Of a DNA stretch of 64,000 bases, positions 13,700 through 26,537 are shown piece after piece. Origin of the DNA: Selaginella moellendorffii (taxonomy: Eukaryota; Plantae; Lycopodiophyta); the NCBI RefSeq assembly GCF_000143415.4, contig NW_003314310.1, positions 409,904 through 473,903 on the forward strand, read 5' to 3'. Below the pieces are notes generated by a model. That model worked only from the letters and a program-made list of their open reading frames with translations. It was not told the DNA's origin and did no database searches. The first letter of the stretch is position 1; each line of letters opens with the position of its first letter. Both the position numbers and the translations under genes were made by a program.

Positions 13700-14230
13700 A
13701 TATTACTTATTAAAGTGTCAAAAATTAAATTATTAAATGATTTTATGGCTAAAATAAAGATAAAATTTTGTGAGGTTAAGGAAGTAAAATTTTTAGTTCA
13801 AAATGTTAATTTGAACTATTGGTAATAGTGTGGCTTAGTCGAAGTAACCAAGTGGGAAAGATACCTAAAGGAAATGAATTGTAATAATACAATGGTATTG
13901 CAAATTTAAGAAATGGGTGGGTTACTAAATTAGGCCGTACATAAAGTCCATAGCAAAAAATGCTAAAAAAATTTACTAGAGGTAAACAATTTTTAGATTT
14001 GGCAAAGTTGAGCTTTTGCTATGGAAACAAAAGAATATCTCGAGACTAATGGCTAAGTTTAGGTTATGGAAATCATTAGAAGAAATTCAAATAACAAAGT
14101 TGAGCAAAAAACACTTATGTGTTAGATGCTAACAAATCATGGAAAAGAGAATATATTTTCAAGAATAGATTTCTAAATGTTTCAATTTGGCAAAGCTCTA
14201 AGGGAGGGAATAACAAAATAGCAAATGTAA
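13700..14230 (+). mobile_element. Old AT-drifted relic of the internal region of the family-B LTR element
   Basis: Aligns by eye with about 48230-48840 (GTTCAAAATGTT..TTGAACT, ACCAAGTGGGAA, TTTGCTATGGAA, ATGTGTT.GA..CTAACAA). Differences are mostly G>A and C>T. Confidence 0.7.
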
Positions 14231-14975
14231 GCTCCTGAATTTGGACTTTTCAAGAGGTCACTTAGTCGAATATTATTCAAACCTAATGATGTTTAACCTC
14301 AAATATCCCAAAAAACCCTTAACCGATTGAAAAAAAAGTGCATTTTTCTTTATAATTCAAGTTATTTTTTTAGTTGCTTATAATCCACCACACTTCCTTA
14401 TAAATTCACACCCTTGTGAATGAAAACTGAGAAATACAACTCTTCCAAGAACTTCACTATTTTAACACCTTCGAGCCCAGTGGGAGCAAATTAAACTTGC
14501 CAAATGTCAATTAATATATAGTGTGATTCCCATAACCAATCAATAAAGTCGGACCAAAACCCCTCTAATACGCAAATTAGAAAGAAAAAATTTATACATT
14601 ACAGTGAAATGATAGGATCATAATAGCCCTAACACGAATTATAAATATATGGAACTTAGTGCCTAAACATAAACCATCAGAAACCTGAATAATACAACAT
14701 ACCACATGCAAAAAAAATAGAAAAGGAATCTTTCAGTTTTAATAATTAAAATATTAGCACTTGCTCTTGATTTTAGAATCTAGAAAGTCCTTAAATCTCA
14801 CCATTTAAGATAATTCCATCTGCACCTCTGCAATGGAGAAAAAAATTCAGATTATTTCTCAAAAAAAATCTCAGTTTTACTTACTCTTTTTCACACTGAG
14901 CTTTGGCTCCAAACACTTGCGCATTGCTGTGTTCTTAACCCATCCAAACATTCTATGTGCATACATCTTCTGAAC

Positions 14976-17849
14976 TTATTCTAGTTTCCTCATGTCTGCA
15001 GTAGAATCCAGAGAGATGTCAACCAGGTCTTTCACTTCGTCCTTGGATGAGAATGCATCCAAACCTGGAGTGCAAAAGATAACATCAAGTGATTGAAAAT
15101 GAAACAGCACAAACGTACCTTCAATGACCACAATGTGTTGGAGACGATCATCTGAAGCAAAATACCATTCCCATGACTTGAATACCGGGTGTGATCTATC
15201 CCCATCATAGCCTTTTGTCCATTCCTGAAGGCCTTTGCATTCCAGATGAGTGTCATGGAGAGCCATTGCCATGGAATGATTTGCAGGCTTCTTCTTCAGC
15301 AATGCCTCTGCGACAAGTTTCCTAGTTCTGTAACGAACACTGCTGGAAGGCACATATGGGCCACATTCAAAACCAGACTGGCATATGGCATCTTCAACCC
15401 AGTCCAACCTTGAGGCCCTGCACTGCTACTGAACATCTGAGAAAACTCCAGAGAGCATTTAGCACATGCTAAATCAACATCATGTTTCTGTGTTTCACCT
15501 GCACCAAAATGAGTGTTATCGTCTCCAGGCTAAACGTGTCACCAAAGAACCCAATGATGACGATGTCTATGCCCCATTCATTTTCACAGCAAATGATTCC
15601 TATGCCAGCCTTTCCAAATTCAAGCAAATCTTTTGCGGTGAGCTCCTGCAGTCGGAAGTCGGTTTTCCTGAATAGCAAGCAAAAAAACTTGGCTTCACCC
15701 ATGTTTCTGTGGATTTCTTCTTTACCACTTCCATCTATAGAGCCACCTGCTTGTTTTGTTTCCCCTTCACCTTCAGCATTGTGCGTACTTCCACCTGGAG
15801 CTTTCGAGGCCGTCAGCGTTGGAGATGGCAACTTCACCTCAGGTGGCGGCGTCTTTACTCTGACCTGCGCTTTTTCTCCTGGAGCTTTGGACAGGGACGC
15901 TGAAGCCACGTGCAGCTGACCCGGAATTTTTTTGTTTACTTTAACCCTGCTTCCACGCTTCAAAGCCGAGGCCGGAGGTGGTGGCATGTTTACTTCGACC
16001 TGCGGTTCTCCTCCACCACCTGGAGCTTTGGGGGTCGGAGATGCTGAATTCTGCTCACCTTCTCTAATAAGATCGGACAGCGACTTCCCACTTAAGCCAC
16101 GGCAAAGCTCGTCAAAAGTAAAGCACTTCCATGAATTTCTGCCTAGACTATCCACTGCAAGTAGGAGCAGCACCCGTGCAACCAACTCGCCCCTGTAACC
16201 TCGATCAACCCATCCACGCTTCATCCCAGTTACAAGTGCCTCCAAGCACTCCTTCCACCCTGTCCCAACCTTCCCTTGTGCACGCAAAACCTGTGCTGCA
16301 GCCGCTGCAACCAGTGGCTCCGTAGCCCAATGCGTCCAAACAAGAGTCCGGTCGACATCACGCTAAGTAGGTGACTTGCAACCATATCAGTGATAATTGT
16401 GGCATTGTCGATGCATACTCTGCAGCCCAGTGTAGCCAGACAAGCCTCATGTGATAGACCTCCGCTTTCAAGCATACACTTGTTGAATGAACCAGTGCCA
16501 CCCAGGAGCTTATCTACAGCCAAAAGCAGCACGTCACCTGCACTTGCGGAAGCCTTCACCAATGCTTGCCACAGTGGCCGACCATAGCCGCAAAGACGAC
16601 CCAGATCTTCAACTTGAGCAAGCAGAAGGCCACCTGTTTGTTCGTCCGATGGCAAGTCTGCCAAGAAAAAGCAGTACGCTGGATGTGCAACTAGCTTTCC
16701 CGCCGCAGCCACTCGATTGCTATTATCTGCCTTATTGGGCGGCACAAAATTGTTTAGCCTCCCGTTTGTGTCGGTGAACATCACCGACACACTTCCATCT
16801 TCAGGCAACACCCTGGAAGCCCTCCTTGCAGGAACAAATGCAGCAACAGTTGTCAGATCAGCATGCGAAGTAAACCATCGGGCTTCGTCCATGACAAACA
16901 GGACCTTCAGTTTTCCTTTGGCAGGAGCTGGAACATTCGACAGTAGACCTTCAAGCGTGTTGTACTCCTTAAACACCTTGCTTTCCCAGGTGCCCCACAG
17001 ATTGGTTTTCTCGCCAGGCTTCTCTTTCATGTCGACGTCAAGGCGATTAGCAAACTCCTCCCGGGCTGTGTTTCCCATCTCCATCTTCGCCTGTACCACC
17101 CCCCAAAAGTTCTTCCCAACCATGAGATCGTTCAAGAACTTCTTGGCATCCATGGGGTCCTCCCCGGAAGTCAGATGCAGAAGAGCCTCGATGCATGACA
17201 CAAAGTAGTCAATGCAGAAGAGCATGAACCTGCTCTGCGACAAAACCATAGAACCCGAGCTGAGCAATTTGACGGCGTTTGTGTAGAAGAAGTCCGCAAA
17301 GGCAGACCTTGGAGGGTACGCGGTGCCAGATGAAGCGAATGAGCAGTAGATGACGAACACACCTAAATTCGCAAGCTCGCAGGTAGTCCTCGACTTTCCC
17401 CAGCCACTCGACTGAACTAACGTGACAACAGGTGCTATCATGGTTTTCTTTGTCTTCCAGTCCTCTCCTGTTTCTTCCAGCTTCTCACGCAACGACTCCA
17501 CGTTGTCTAATCCCCCAACTCTTTGGTACTCCTGCGCAAATGCTGATTCGGCAATACCCTCCACTCTTTTCCAGTATTCAGGTGGCGGCTGGAGGATTTC
17601 AGAGAGCTCGCGTTCCAGTTTCGACATATCCTCCTGGAGTTGACTCGCCCGCACTTTCTCTGAGGCTATCTGCTCCTTTAGTTCGGCATCCTCCCCGGCT
17701 TCCCACAATTTACATTCAAGGTCTGCAATTTCCGCAAGTGCCGACTCCAGATGAAAGCTCATATAAGCAATCTCACCTCTTTTAAGTCGCTTTCTCTCCT
17801 CCTCTTCATCCGGCTCTCGCCCACGCTTTCTAGATGAAGAGGCATCCAT
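14976..17849 (-). pseudogene. Crinkler-type P-loop NTPase plus PD-(D/E)xK-like nuclease gene, with frameshifts near 16330 and 15470
   Basis: Walker A VQSSGWGKSR, YPPRS, Walker B VLFVMDEA, GRPLW and, in the shifted frame, EPLVAAAAA and GYRGELVARVLLLLA. GIDIVI...LVQVK resembles a nuclease catalytic motif. Confidence 0.65.
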
Positions 17850-18181
17850 AGCTTGAACTTAACCCTACAAAGACCTCTCGCCGCCGTAAAAACCCTAATA
17901 TTAGGTCTTTTGAAACAATCGTCACCGTTCAACCAACGACAGCCGTCGGATCAATAGATTATTAGGTTAATAAAATAATAGAGCTTATAGAGTTAAAATT
18001 CTATAGAGATATAAAATTGCTGTGCACTTGGTTTGCTATATCTCATGTATTAATCCAATTAATAGAATGGAAGTTTATAAACACAAGATTAATCTTATTG
18101 AATATCAACTTACATGGTAGAATAAATTAGAATATACTAGAAAATGTTTTAAAAAGTTTATAAATTATAAACTGTGAGTGC

Positions 18182-19338
18182 TGTCAACAAGATTAGGACT
18201 GGAAAATGCAGAAGACAAAGAGAAAAGCTAGTGGAGACAAAAAATATAACTTAAACTGGCGTTAATTCAGATTGTGGAGAAATAGAACAAAACTAATCTA
18301 TATATACTATAAGGTGATGAAGCTCCACCACTTTTGGATCGAAGACAGCCTAAATATAGCTAAAGTCGAGGAGGTGCCACATCATCATCAGGAATGTGGT
18401 TTGAGAATTAAGAATTATACGGGAAATTAGAGAGTCAGGAATAGGGAAGTATCTTGAGAGTCAAGAATGTGGTCTATGGGTCAGGAATTCGGCAAGAGTT
18501 AGGAATGTGGCAAGAATTGGGGGATTCTTGACAACACCCCCTCCTCAAGAATGAGTGGAACAAGGACATGAATGAGAATGAAGAGGAGGATGAGATGGAT
18601 GTCGAAGGACAGGAGATGGAGAATGAAAAGAATGAGGATTAGAACAAAAAGGATAATGGCGGTGGAAGTCCTGAACAAGGTCAGGAGAATGAATCAAGTT
18701 ATTTGTAGGTTCCCAAGTGCGTTCCTTAGGTCTGTAACCCTTCCAGTCTACCAAATAGTAGAGTTTAGATCGTGAGATCTTGGAATCAAGGATGTCCTAA
18801 ACCTCATACTCAGACCCATCCTCGAGCTGCACTGGTGGAGGCTTAGGAATGACCTGATTTGAAATAGGACTAGGAATATAAGGAGAGAGGAGTGAAAAAC
18901 AGGGTGAATTTGATATGAGGAGGGAAGTGCAAGGCAATAAGTGATAGGATTAATAATGGCAGTGATAAGGAAAGGACCGAGGCATTTGAAATTGAGTTTG
19001 GGACATAGCCTGGTGGTGGAGATATTTCACCTGAGGAGCCAAACCCTATCCCCAATATTGTAAGGGGGACAATCCTAACTAATGTTTTGTGAGATTCTTG
19101 AGCATGATGGAGGTGGAAGGAGATGGAATTGTGGATTTCTTGGAGGTTGGAGACAAATGCCTCAAAATGGGGATTTGAACAAGAGGATTTAGATAGAGAA
19201 GGAAGTGAGAAATTGAATTAGGGATTTGGGCCAGAGTTTGCAAAGAAGGGGGAAACTCGAAGGGAGGAGTGAACAGAGTTGTTATAGGAGAATTTAGCAA
19301 GGGGAAGGATATCGAACCAATCATCCTAATGATAGTTG
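18182..19338 (-). mobile_element. Truncated chromovirus (Ty3/Gypsy) 3' end: integrase C-terminus, chromodomain, PPT and 352-bp 3' LTR (18182-18533)
   Basis: LTR termini TGTCAA...TTGACA. The purine tract GAGGAGGGGG abuts the LTR. Chromodomain remnant LVDWKGY..RTWEP..NL. Confidence 0.8.
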
Positions 19339-19985
19339 TGTGAGACACAAATCCCTAAGCCCCAAAGTGGAGCCAGAAGGGTGCCATGTGGTAGTGGCCA
19401 AAACGAAAACCAAATGAGCATAACATGTTTGGATTAAAAACTCCAACTTGAAAGGTCGAGAGCGGGAGTGGAACTCCCAACGAAGTGCTCAAGGAACAAG
19501 CAGGGAGCAAGCAATAAGTGAGTCTCTAGAAAAAGGACACAAGAGGACCAACACATGACACATGGAAGTGTCCGAGATAGACCCGAGATGGAGTCTGAGA
19601 TGGATCCAAGATAGACCCGAGATGGACCCAAGATGGAGTCTGAGATGGAGTCTGAGATGGACCCGAGATGGAGTTCGAGATGGATCCGAGATGGAGTCTG
19701 AGATGGAGTTCGAGATGGATCCGAGATGGACCTGAAATGGACCCGAGATGGAATCTGAGATGGAGTCCAAGATGGATCCGAGATGGACCCGAGATGGACC
19801 CGAGATGGAGTCCGAGATGGAGTCCGAGATGGACCCGAGATGGAGTTCGAGAAGGACCCGAGATGGAGTCTAAAGTCGAGATTGAGACCGAGACTAAGGC
19901 AGAGGCCAAGACCGAGCCTAAGCCCAAGTCCGAGTCTGAGTCCGAGTTCGAGTCCAAGTTCGAGTCTGAGAGGGTGAAAGCCCAA
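19339..19985 (+). mobile_element. 5' fragment of a family-B LTR, cut off by the DNA transposon
   Basis: Begins TGTGAGACACAAA as at 43584, 49399 and 51978, and carries the same GAGATGGAGTCC array. It ends exactly at the left TIR. Confidence 0.85.
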
Positions 19986-20428
19986 AAAGCTCTATTTCGT
20001 TAAAGTGGGAATTGTCATTATCCCACTTGTAAAATAAGGTTTCCAAACCTTTATATAGTATATAAATATAACAAAATTCAACTGCATTGAGGCACATGCC
20101 ATTTTATTTTAAACAAGGAAATGTCTACTCAATCACTTCTCCTCCCCCTGCCACTGCTTCACCTCTCTCTTCTCCTTGTCATCGTCGTCCAATTTCTTTC
20201 CATCCTTTTAATATTGGCTCAGTTGCTCCGAGTCTAGGTGGAGCCCAAGTCCCCATTCAATCTTTACTTTCCCCTTATTAATAAAAAAACTTCGTAGACT
20301 TCCAATAACATGCTGTAACACTTCTAGTATAATGCAAATCCTCTCAAAGAATTGTCTTTTAATATTAATACAATGGCATGGAACCCCATGCCATAATAAG
20401 TTACATTTTTAAATAAATACATGCCATC

Positions 20429-23400
20429 TCAGACTGTTATTTTTTGCCTCCAATGCCTATACAATAATCTTGGAATTTCATCACTTTCCACACTATCAGG
20501 ATTTAAACCCAATAGTAATGCCATCTCTTCTCTAATACGTCCACGCTCATGTTCAGTGGTCGAAGAACCCATCCGGTTGAGCAGATTATGGAGATGCGGA
20601 TAGTGCTTGGCTAGACAATATACATGCCATAAATGATGACTAGTGTCTGTCCGATCAAATGGCTTCTGATATACTGTTCCATCTGCCATTTGGTTGATTT
20701 CTGCAGCCACCTCCTGGACTGGCCGGTTCTCTATCACCATTGCTCCAAGCCGTTTTGCAAGGTCCCCCAGAACATACGGTTTCTTCTCCCTAGTTTCCAT
20801 ACTGCAAGAGATGGGGTGCACTGCATATGTGTGCGTGTTCGCTGCAGTTTTAATCGGCGAGTCATCGATGATGAGGATTTCACTTGACCTAGCAGTCCGG
20901 TTCATCACTACAGCCTCTGGCTTGACGAAGATGGGCTTGTTACCCCTCACATGGACCATAGTCAAGCAATCCTCCTGCGTTAGGAGAAAGTCAAATGGTA
21001 ATATTACTCGCGTCTGATCGTGCATCATCTGTAGCAACGTTAATGCATTGTGGCGCATCATGGATGTCCAAACTCCCAATTGCAAATTGAACCCGGCCCT
21101 CTGTTTTAAGTGTCGCATGGTCATTATTAGATCCCACAGTTTCTCCCGTGTGATTAATGTGAATCTGTCTCTTTTGACCAACTTGCGACCGCAGGCTTTG
21201 GAGGGTGTAGTGACATTCGAGGACGAGCCATGCTCATGGGAGAAAAGGACACCGTTCAGATCAAAAACGATACAGTACCTTTGCCGTGACTCTGAAATGA
21301 AATGCGTCAGCATAAAAAATGGTACAAGTCAATTTTACCATCTACAATATTAGCGAATGGTGCTCCCGATGGTCGTTGAGAGGGTTTTGGTTGAGGAAAC
21401 GTGAAGGGCAGAAATACTCTCCTCTGCAATGTGGGGTCAATCGCATCCGATGGCGTGTGGGCACATGCCATTTCAGCTGTAGACTCTGGTACAACTGGCT
21501 CAACAGTGGCATGGGGTGGTTCCGATGGCGTGTGATCACACGCCATTTCAGCTGGTGCCTCCATTGGCAAAGTGGACATGACCGAACAGGCAGCAGGGGC
21601 GGTGTAGGGAGGTTCCAACGGCACGTAGTCAGACGATTGGGCACACGTTGAGTCCGTTGGAAATGAGGATACGACCGGCTCGGCAGCTGGGGGAGCATGG
21701 TCAGCTTGCTTGGCGTTGATATGGATAGTAGCCTTCACCAGCTCTGATGACTCTTGCAGGCAAGTAGAGTCCACTGGCCATATGCATGTCCAAATATCTC
21801 CCTTCGATTGAGATGGTATCCTCCCTACTGGCTACTAAAAACAAACTCATTAGCACATTGAATCGACTATACTATATTTACCATCAACTGCTATTGAGGA
21901 ACTAGGACCGATATCACTTGGGCGCACTGCTGATTCTGAAGGATTGGACATACGTTTCGACCCTTGCTTGGCACTATCCTTCCTCGACACTAAAGGCTAG
22001 AGTTTGTATCTTAATTCAACTGAATAATCTCTACTTACCATTTGCTTTGCGACCTACATGAACAATGTTAGAAATGGTAAAAGGTTAGGAATGGATGTAC
22101 TATTATTTACCTGATGGTTTGTCTTGTATGACCTTCCTCCGCTGCTCTTTGGCCACCTCAGGCTAGCCATCGTCGTCATCGTCGTCGTCGTCGTTATTGT
22201 GATCATCACCATTGTGAGGACCATCCAAGTCCTCTTCATCCTCCTCTTCTTCGTCCTCCTCTTCTTTGTCCTCCTCTTCGTCCTTCTGCTCTTCCTGCTC
22301 ATTATCTTTCTCTGGCTCCTCATCCCCCTCCTGCATTTCTTCCATAGGCTGCTCAGGCTGGATGGCTTGTTCTTCCAGGACCATCTTGGGAAAATCATCT
22401 GGCCGAGTCTCCATCTCAAAATACAAGACATCCATAGCCTGTTTTAGTGTGTGACCTAGGACCGTATCCTCACCCGACTGTCTTAACATGGTTTCTGCAC
22501 GTTCTTGCACCCTTCGAAGACGACGAGATGAGAAAAACGTGGCCCTGACTTGAAAAGCATCCCTCATCCATTGTACCTCTCCATTGAGATTGGGGAAGGG
22601 GAGTCCGCCATAGGAATCTGAGTCAGGAGGTGGTGACCGCGAGGCATTACCTATCATCTTTTCGTTGCCCTTCTTCCTTTTCGAATCAAACGCCTCTGAT
22701 CCCGACGACTGTCCAACGTGCTTTCGCTTTTTATGACCACTGTCAGTTTGAGCTTGGTTGGTGCTTGCCTGTTTTGCCTTTGAAGAAGTGTCTCCTGCAA
22801 GGAATGGCATGAGACCACACGCCATTGCAAATAAAATTTGTACCTCCTTTTTTCCTATTGCTTGTCTGTTTGTCCTTCTTCGACGCGCCACCAGTGCGCT
22901 TTTCAGTCCTCGTGTCTGAATATTCACAACAATCTATAATCAAAATGGCGTGAGGCCTCACGTGACCTTACCTTGTGCAGGTTGTGAGCTCGGCCCAACA
23001 TGGGTATCTTCAACAGTAGCTGTTAACGCCGTTTCAGCATCTGGGGGTGGCCACGCTCCTGCATACAGAGCTTGTGAGATAACATTTAAACTTAAAGTGC
23101 GTATTCACCAGGTTCGCAGAGAAGATACTGTTTTTCTTTGGCAACTGTAATTATATGCTCCATTGAAGTCACCTCTTCAATGGAGTTTGTCACCGCAACA
23201 CACGGGACACCCTTGAGTAGTGCGGCTCGAAAGAATAGTCCGCCGCAGTTGTACTCGACAATGCATTTGCCTTTGGAGTCGGAAGCAGGTGACCCACCCG
23301 CTATTGCGTTGAAGACCCAGCTGAGCATTTCCCATGCTGCACCTGGAGCTTTCTCTGGATTCGAAAGCTCCATAGCTGTCTTCAGTTCCTCAGGCACGGG

Positions 23401-25686
23401 TAAATTGACCTCCCTCAGATCAATTTGATCGGCCTTGTCGAATGAAGCTGGGAAGTCACTCCAGTCCCACTCTGCTGCAGGACCAATAACAAGGGCGAGT
23501 GTGAAGATGCGGACATTCGTCGGTATCTTCTTCTTAGCCATTATCCCATGGATCTCCTGCATCTCCTTGCCTTTCAACCGACCCTTCACCTCGTTCAAGG
23601 CCTTCTAGAACTTGTGATAGGATTCGGAGTCATAGATCATATAGTGGACTGAAGATTCCACCTCCGCAAGTCCCACCATTAAGTCAATGATGGAGCTGAC
23701 TTCGTCTGCATGAGTGATCTCCTCGTTTGTGAAGTCCATCACACAAAAGATGTTCTTGACCTGCTCATCTCCGCGGGAAACGATGCTCCTCCACCTTTGA
23801 TCCTCATCCGAATTCACGTATACCCGGTAAGGTTCTCGATAGGCCTCTGCTGCGGGGTCGAGCTGTTTTTGAAGCCGGCGGTCGACATCCCTTTTAATGA
23901 AATTTGGATACTGATCCAACTTCTCAGCTTTACTTTTCGTGGCATCCCGCAGCAGATTGATGAACTTGGGGGCCCCCTTCACGTAGTCGTCGATGTCTTC
24001 ATTTGACAACTCCAGCTCTTCCATCATCTCTTGCGTGGTGTTGATGCTCACCTTCTCCACGGCCACTTGCTCGAAGATCCAATCCTTCAATAGCGCATGG
24101 GCTCTCAGAGTCGTGCACAAGTCCTCGTATGTCACAATATGGCCGGGAGTCATTTTGGTCTTGTTGAAGACTACCTCACCACGTAGAAGAGCATTAGCCA
24201 CTGTCAGAAGGTCGTCGTTGTCTAGAGACCGCGAGAAACGCAAGGCGTTGAGCTTCAAATCATTGGGCTTCCGACCGTCCTCCACACCCATTGAGTTTAG
24301 CAACTCCCCGTCATGGTACCTCCTCAGCACATCTACCCATTTGTCAAAAACAACTTTTGTCGCGAGTAGAATGTTATGGATGCTGAGTGTGTCATTGACC
24401 CCCAGTGTTTTCGAGAGAAGACTTGAGAATTCCTGTAATGGAAATGGCGTGAGGCCACATGCTATGCCACATGCAACGAGGCTTACCTGCCAGGTGCTAG
24501 TTGCTAGTGCACATCCTTGTCCTGGTTTTTGTGGCTTCTTCAGTTGAACCCAGAGCTTCCGTATTCGTGCCAATGTCTCGTGCAGACCCGATTTGTAGCA
24601 TGTTTCTTGCTTGACATTCTGCGCATGGGAGATGGATATGATAGATCGGAGGGGCGAGTTGCCTTTTATCAGGCGGACAACTCTTGTCTTGAAGACGTTC
24701 TTCACCTCCTCGCCCACCATAATATCCACAACTATCTCTTGCATCGCCAAGCTAGAATGTTGCCCGGAGACGGCATAGAACCGGATGTTCTGATCGTCCA
24801 ACACCTTCCTATTGATCAAGTCTGGAAACCTCGTCTCGCCCTTCATTGTTCGGTAGTAGGGGATCACGTCTGCGATGTCGGGTATTACTAGACTTGCCAG
24901 CATCTTCAGCTTCAGTTTCTCCACCCACTCATCAGATACTAGCCTGTGGTTGTATTTGTTTTGGATGTCGATACGGCTCACGTCGATTGTATATACTTTG
25001 TTGGAATAGTAACAAGTACTATTATCTGCGACGATTTTTGCTGCCTCTTCTTGCTCTTTCTGCTCTTTGCGGCTCTTCTTTTTGGTGGGTGTAGTGTTCG
25101 AACCCGAGGCAATGGCATCACCGAGTAGCTTCTTTTTTGGACCAGGAGAGTCGGACGTCGGCTTGAGCTTGACCACCCTTTTCTGCTTCAGGGTAGTTTC
25201 CAGATTGACCCCCTTCCCCTTCGCTTCGCGAATTGGAGGCACTCTCAACGGCTCAATGTTGGAATATAGTTTTTGAACATCGCCATAGGTGAGGTCCGTG
25301 GATTCCATGTGATCTTCATAGACCCGCAACGTCTTTGAAATTGTAGGCCTCCTGGACAACCTCTCCCTAGCTCCCTCTAGGAATTCCTCATAGCCGCTGC
25401 CCCCCTCTGGGAAGCCGCTAGGATGTGCAAGGTGGATCTTGAAGGTGGACGCTGTCTCTACCACAAGTGCCAGTCCATATTCTTGCATGGAACTGCATGG
25501 AGTGTCTGTCACTTGGATGAGGATCCCCATGCATTCTTTTCTCCCACCATCTGTGTTGTACAGCCTCAGATCCTCGCCTTCCATCCCGAAAGTCCAACTG
25601 GTGAGCTCCTCCCCCTTCTCTGCATCCACATTGACAGTGGCTGGAAGAAGAACGCAATTCCTCGCCTGTTCAGAAATGCACAACAA
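20429..25686 (-). pseudogene. Multi-exon cargo gene: ParB/Srx-like domain, degenerate amino-MTase-like fold, acidic linker and FCP1/SCP-type HAD phosphatase; one in-frame TAG at 23605-23607
   Basis: HRLVSDEWVEKL...FYAVSGQHSSLA is ParB-like. LSWVFNA...CIVEYNCGG..RAALLKG..CVAV resembles MTase motif I. CIVFDLNGVL, VWTS and IIDDSPIK are HAD/NIF motifs. Short GT-AG introns (e.g. about 21292-21338 and 24433-24487) link the ORFs in frame where checked. The 5' exon is uncertain. Confidence 0.6.
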
Positions 25687-26044
25687 TTAGAGCTGACAGA
25701 TGAAAAGCTAGCAGCTGGAAATAACGTGAGGCCACATGCCATTCACCACTGCATCAGATGTCTTGAGGCTGCATCCTAAGATGGCGTGAGGCTACACGCC
25801 ATCTGTAACCGGACTGCACTCGAGAGCCCAATCGGTGCATGCCAATGTTGCTACTGAATGGCATGTGGCCTCATGCCATTTTCTACTTGGCCTAAAAGAC
25901 TTACCATTTGAAGCCGAATGGAGGCGTGACAATCGAGGCCGGACTCGCTGGCGAATGTGTACTGTGTGTGCAGCGGATCGTAGCAGCAAGGCTACTCTGC
26001 CACTTACAGTTGGAGAGTGGCGCTGAAATCTCCCGGGACGCCAA

Positions 26045-26260
26045 GTGGACGCCGATGCACACGAGCGCGATGTGAGCGCGAGTGTGATGCAAGCGCGAGT
26101 GGACGCCGATGCACACGAGAAACCTGTAGAGAAGGTAGATGAGCGCGAATGTGAGCGTGATCGCAAGTGGGAGCGCGATGCGAGCGCGAGCGCGAGTGTG
26201 ATGCAAGCGCGAGCGCGAGTACGAAGCAAAATGCAAAACCTAACCTCACACGCGCGAAAT
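26045..26260. repeat. CpG-rich GCGCGAG-type repeat cluster upstream of the cargo gene
   Basis: Repeated GAGCGCGA(G/T)/GTGTGATGCAAGCGCGAG units. Confidence 0.7.
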
Positions 26261-26537
26261 GTCACGACGGTTGGTAATCCTGCCACGTCATCATTCCTCG
26301 GACTTGGGCGCCACCATTAATTTCTGGATTGCCGCGTGCATGCAAGCACGCAAAATCCAAAAGAAATCCGCAACGTCATCATTCCTCGGATTGCATGCAC
26401 GCGAAATCCAAAAGAAAGATCATGATTGGGATATCATTTAATACCCTCGCTATATTTATACCATGCATGATTGGATATTCCAAAGCATCTTGTATTTCCA
26501 AAAATGACAGATATTCAGCTAAATAAAGAAATTCTAT

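Noticed and set aside
19986-20030. Helitron/Helentron terminus, suggested by the AAGTGGGA...TCCCACTT hairpin
   Set aside because: No Rep/helicase is present, and symmetric 25-bp TIRs with a DDD transposase explain the ends better.
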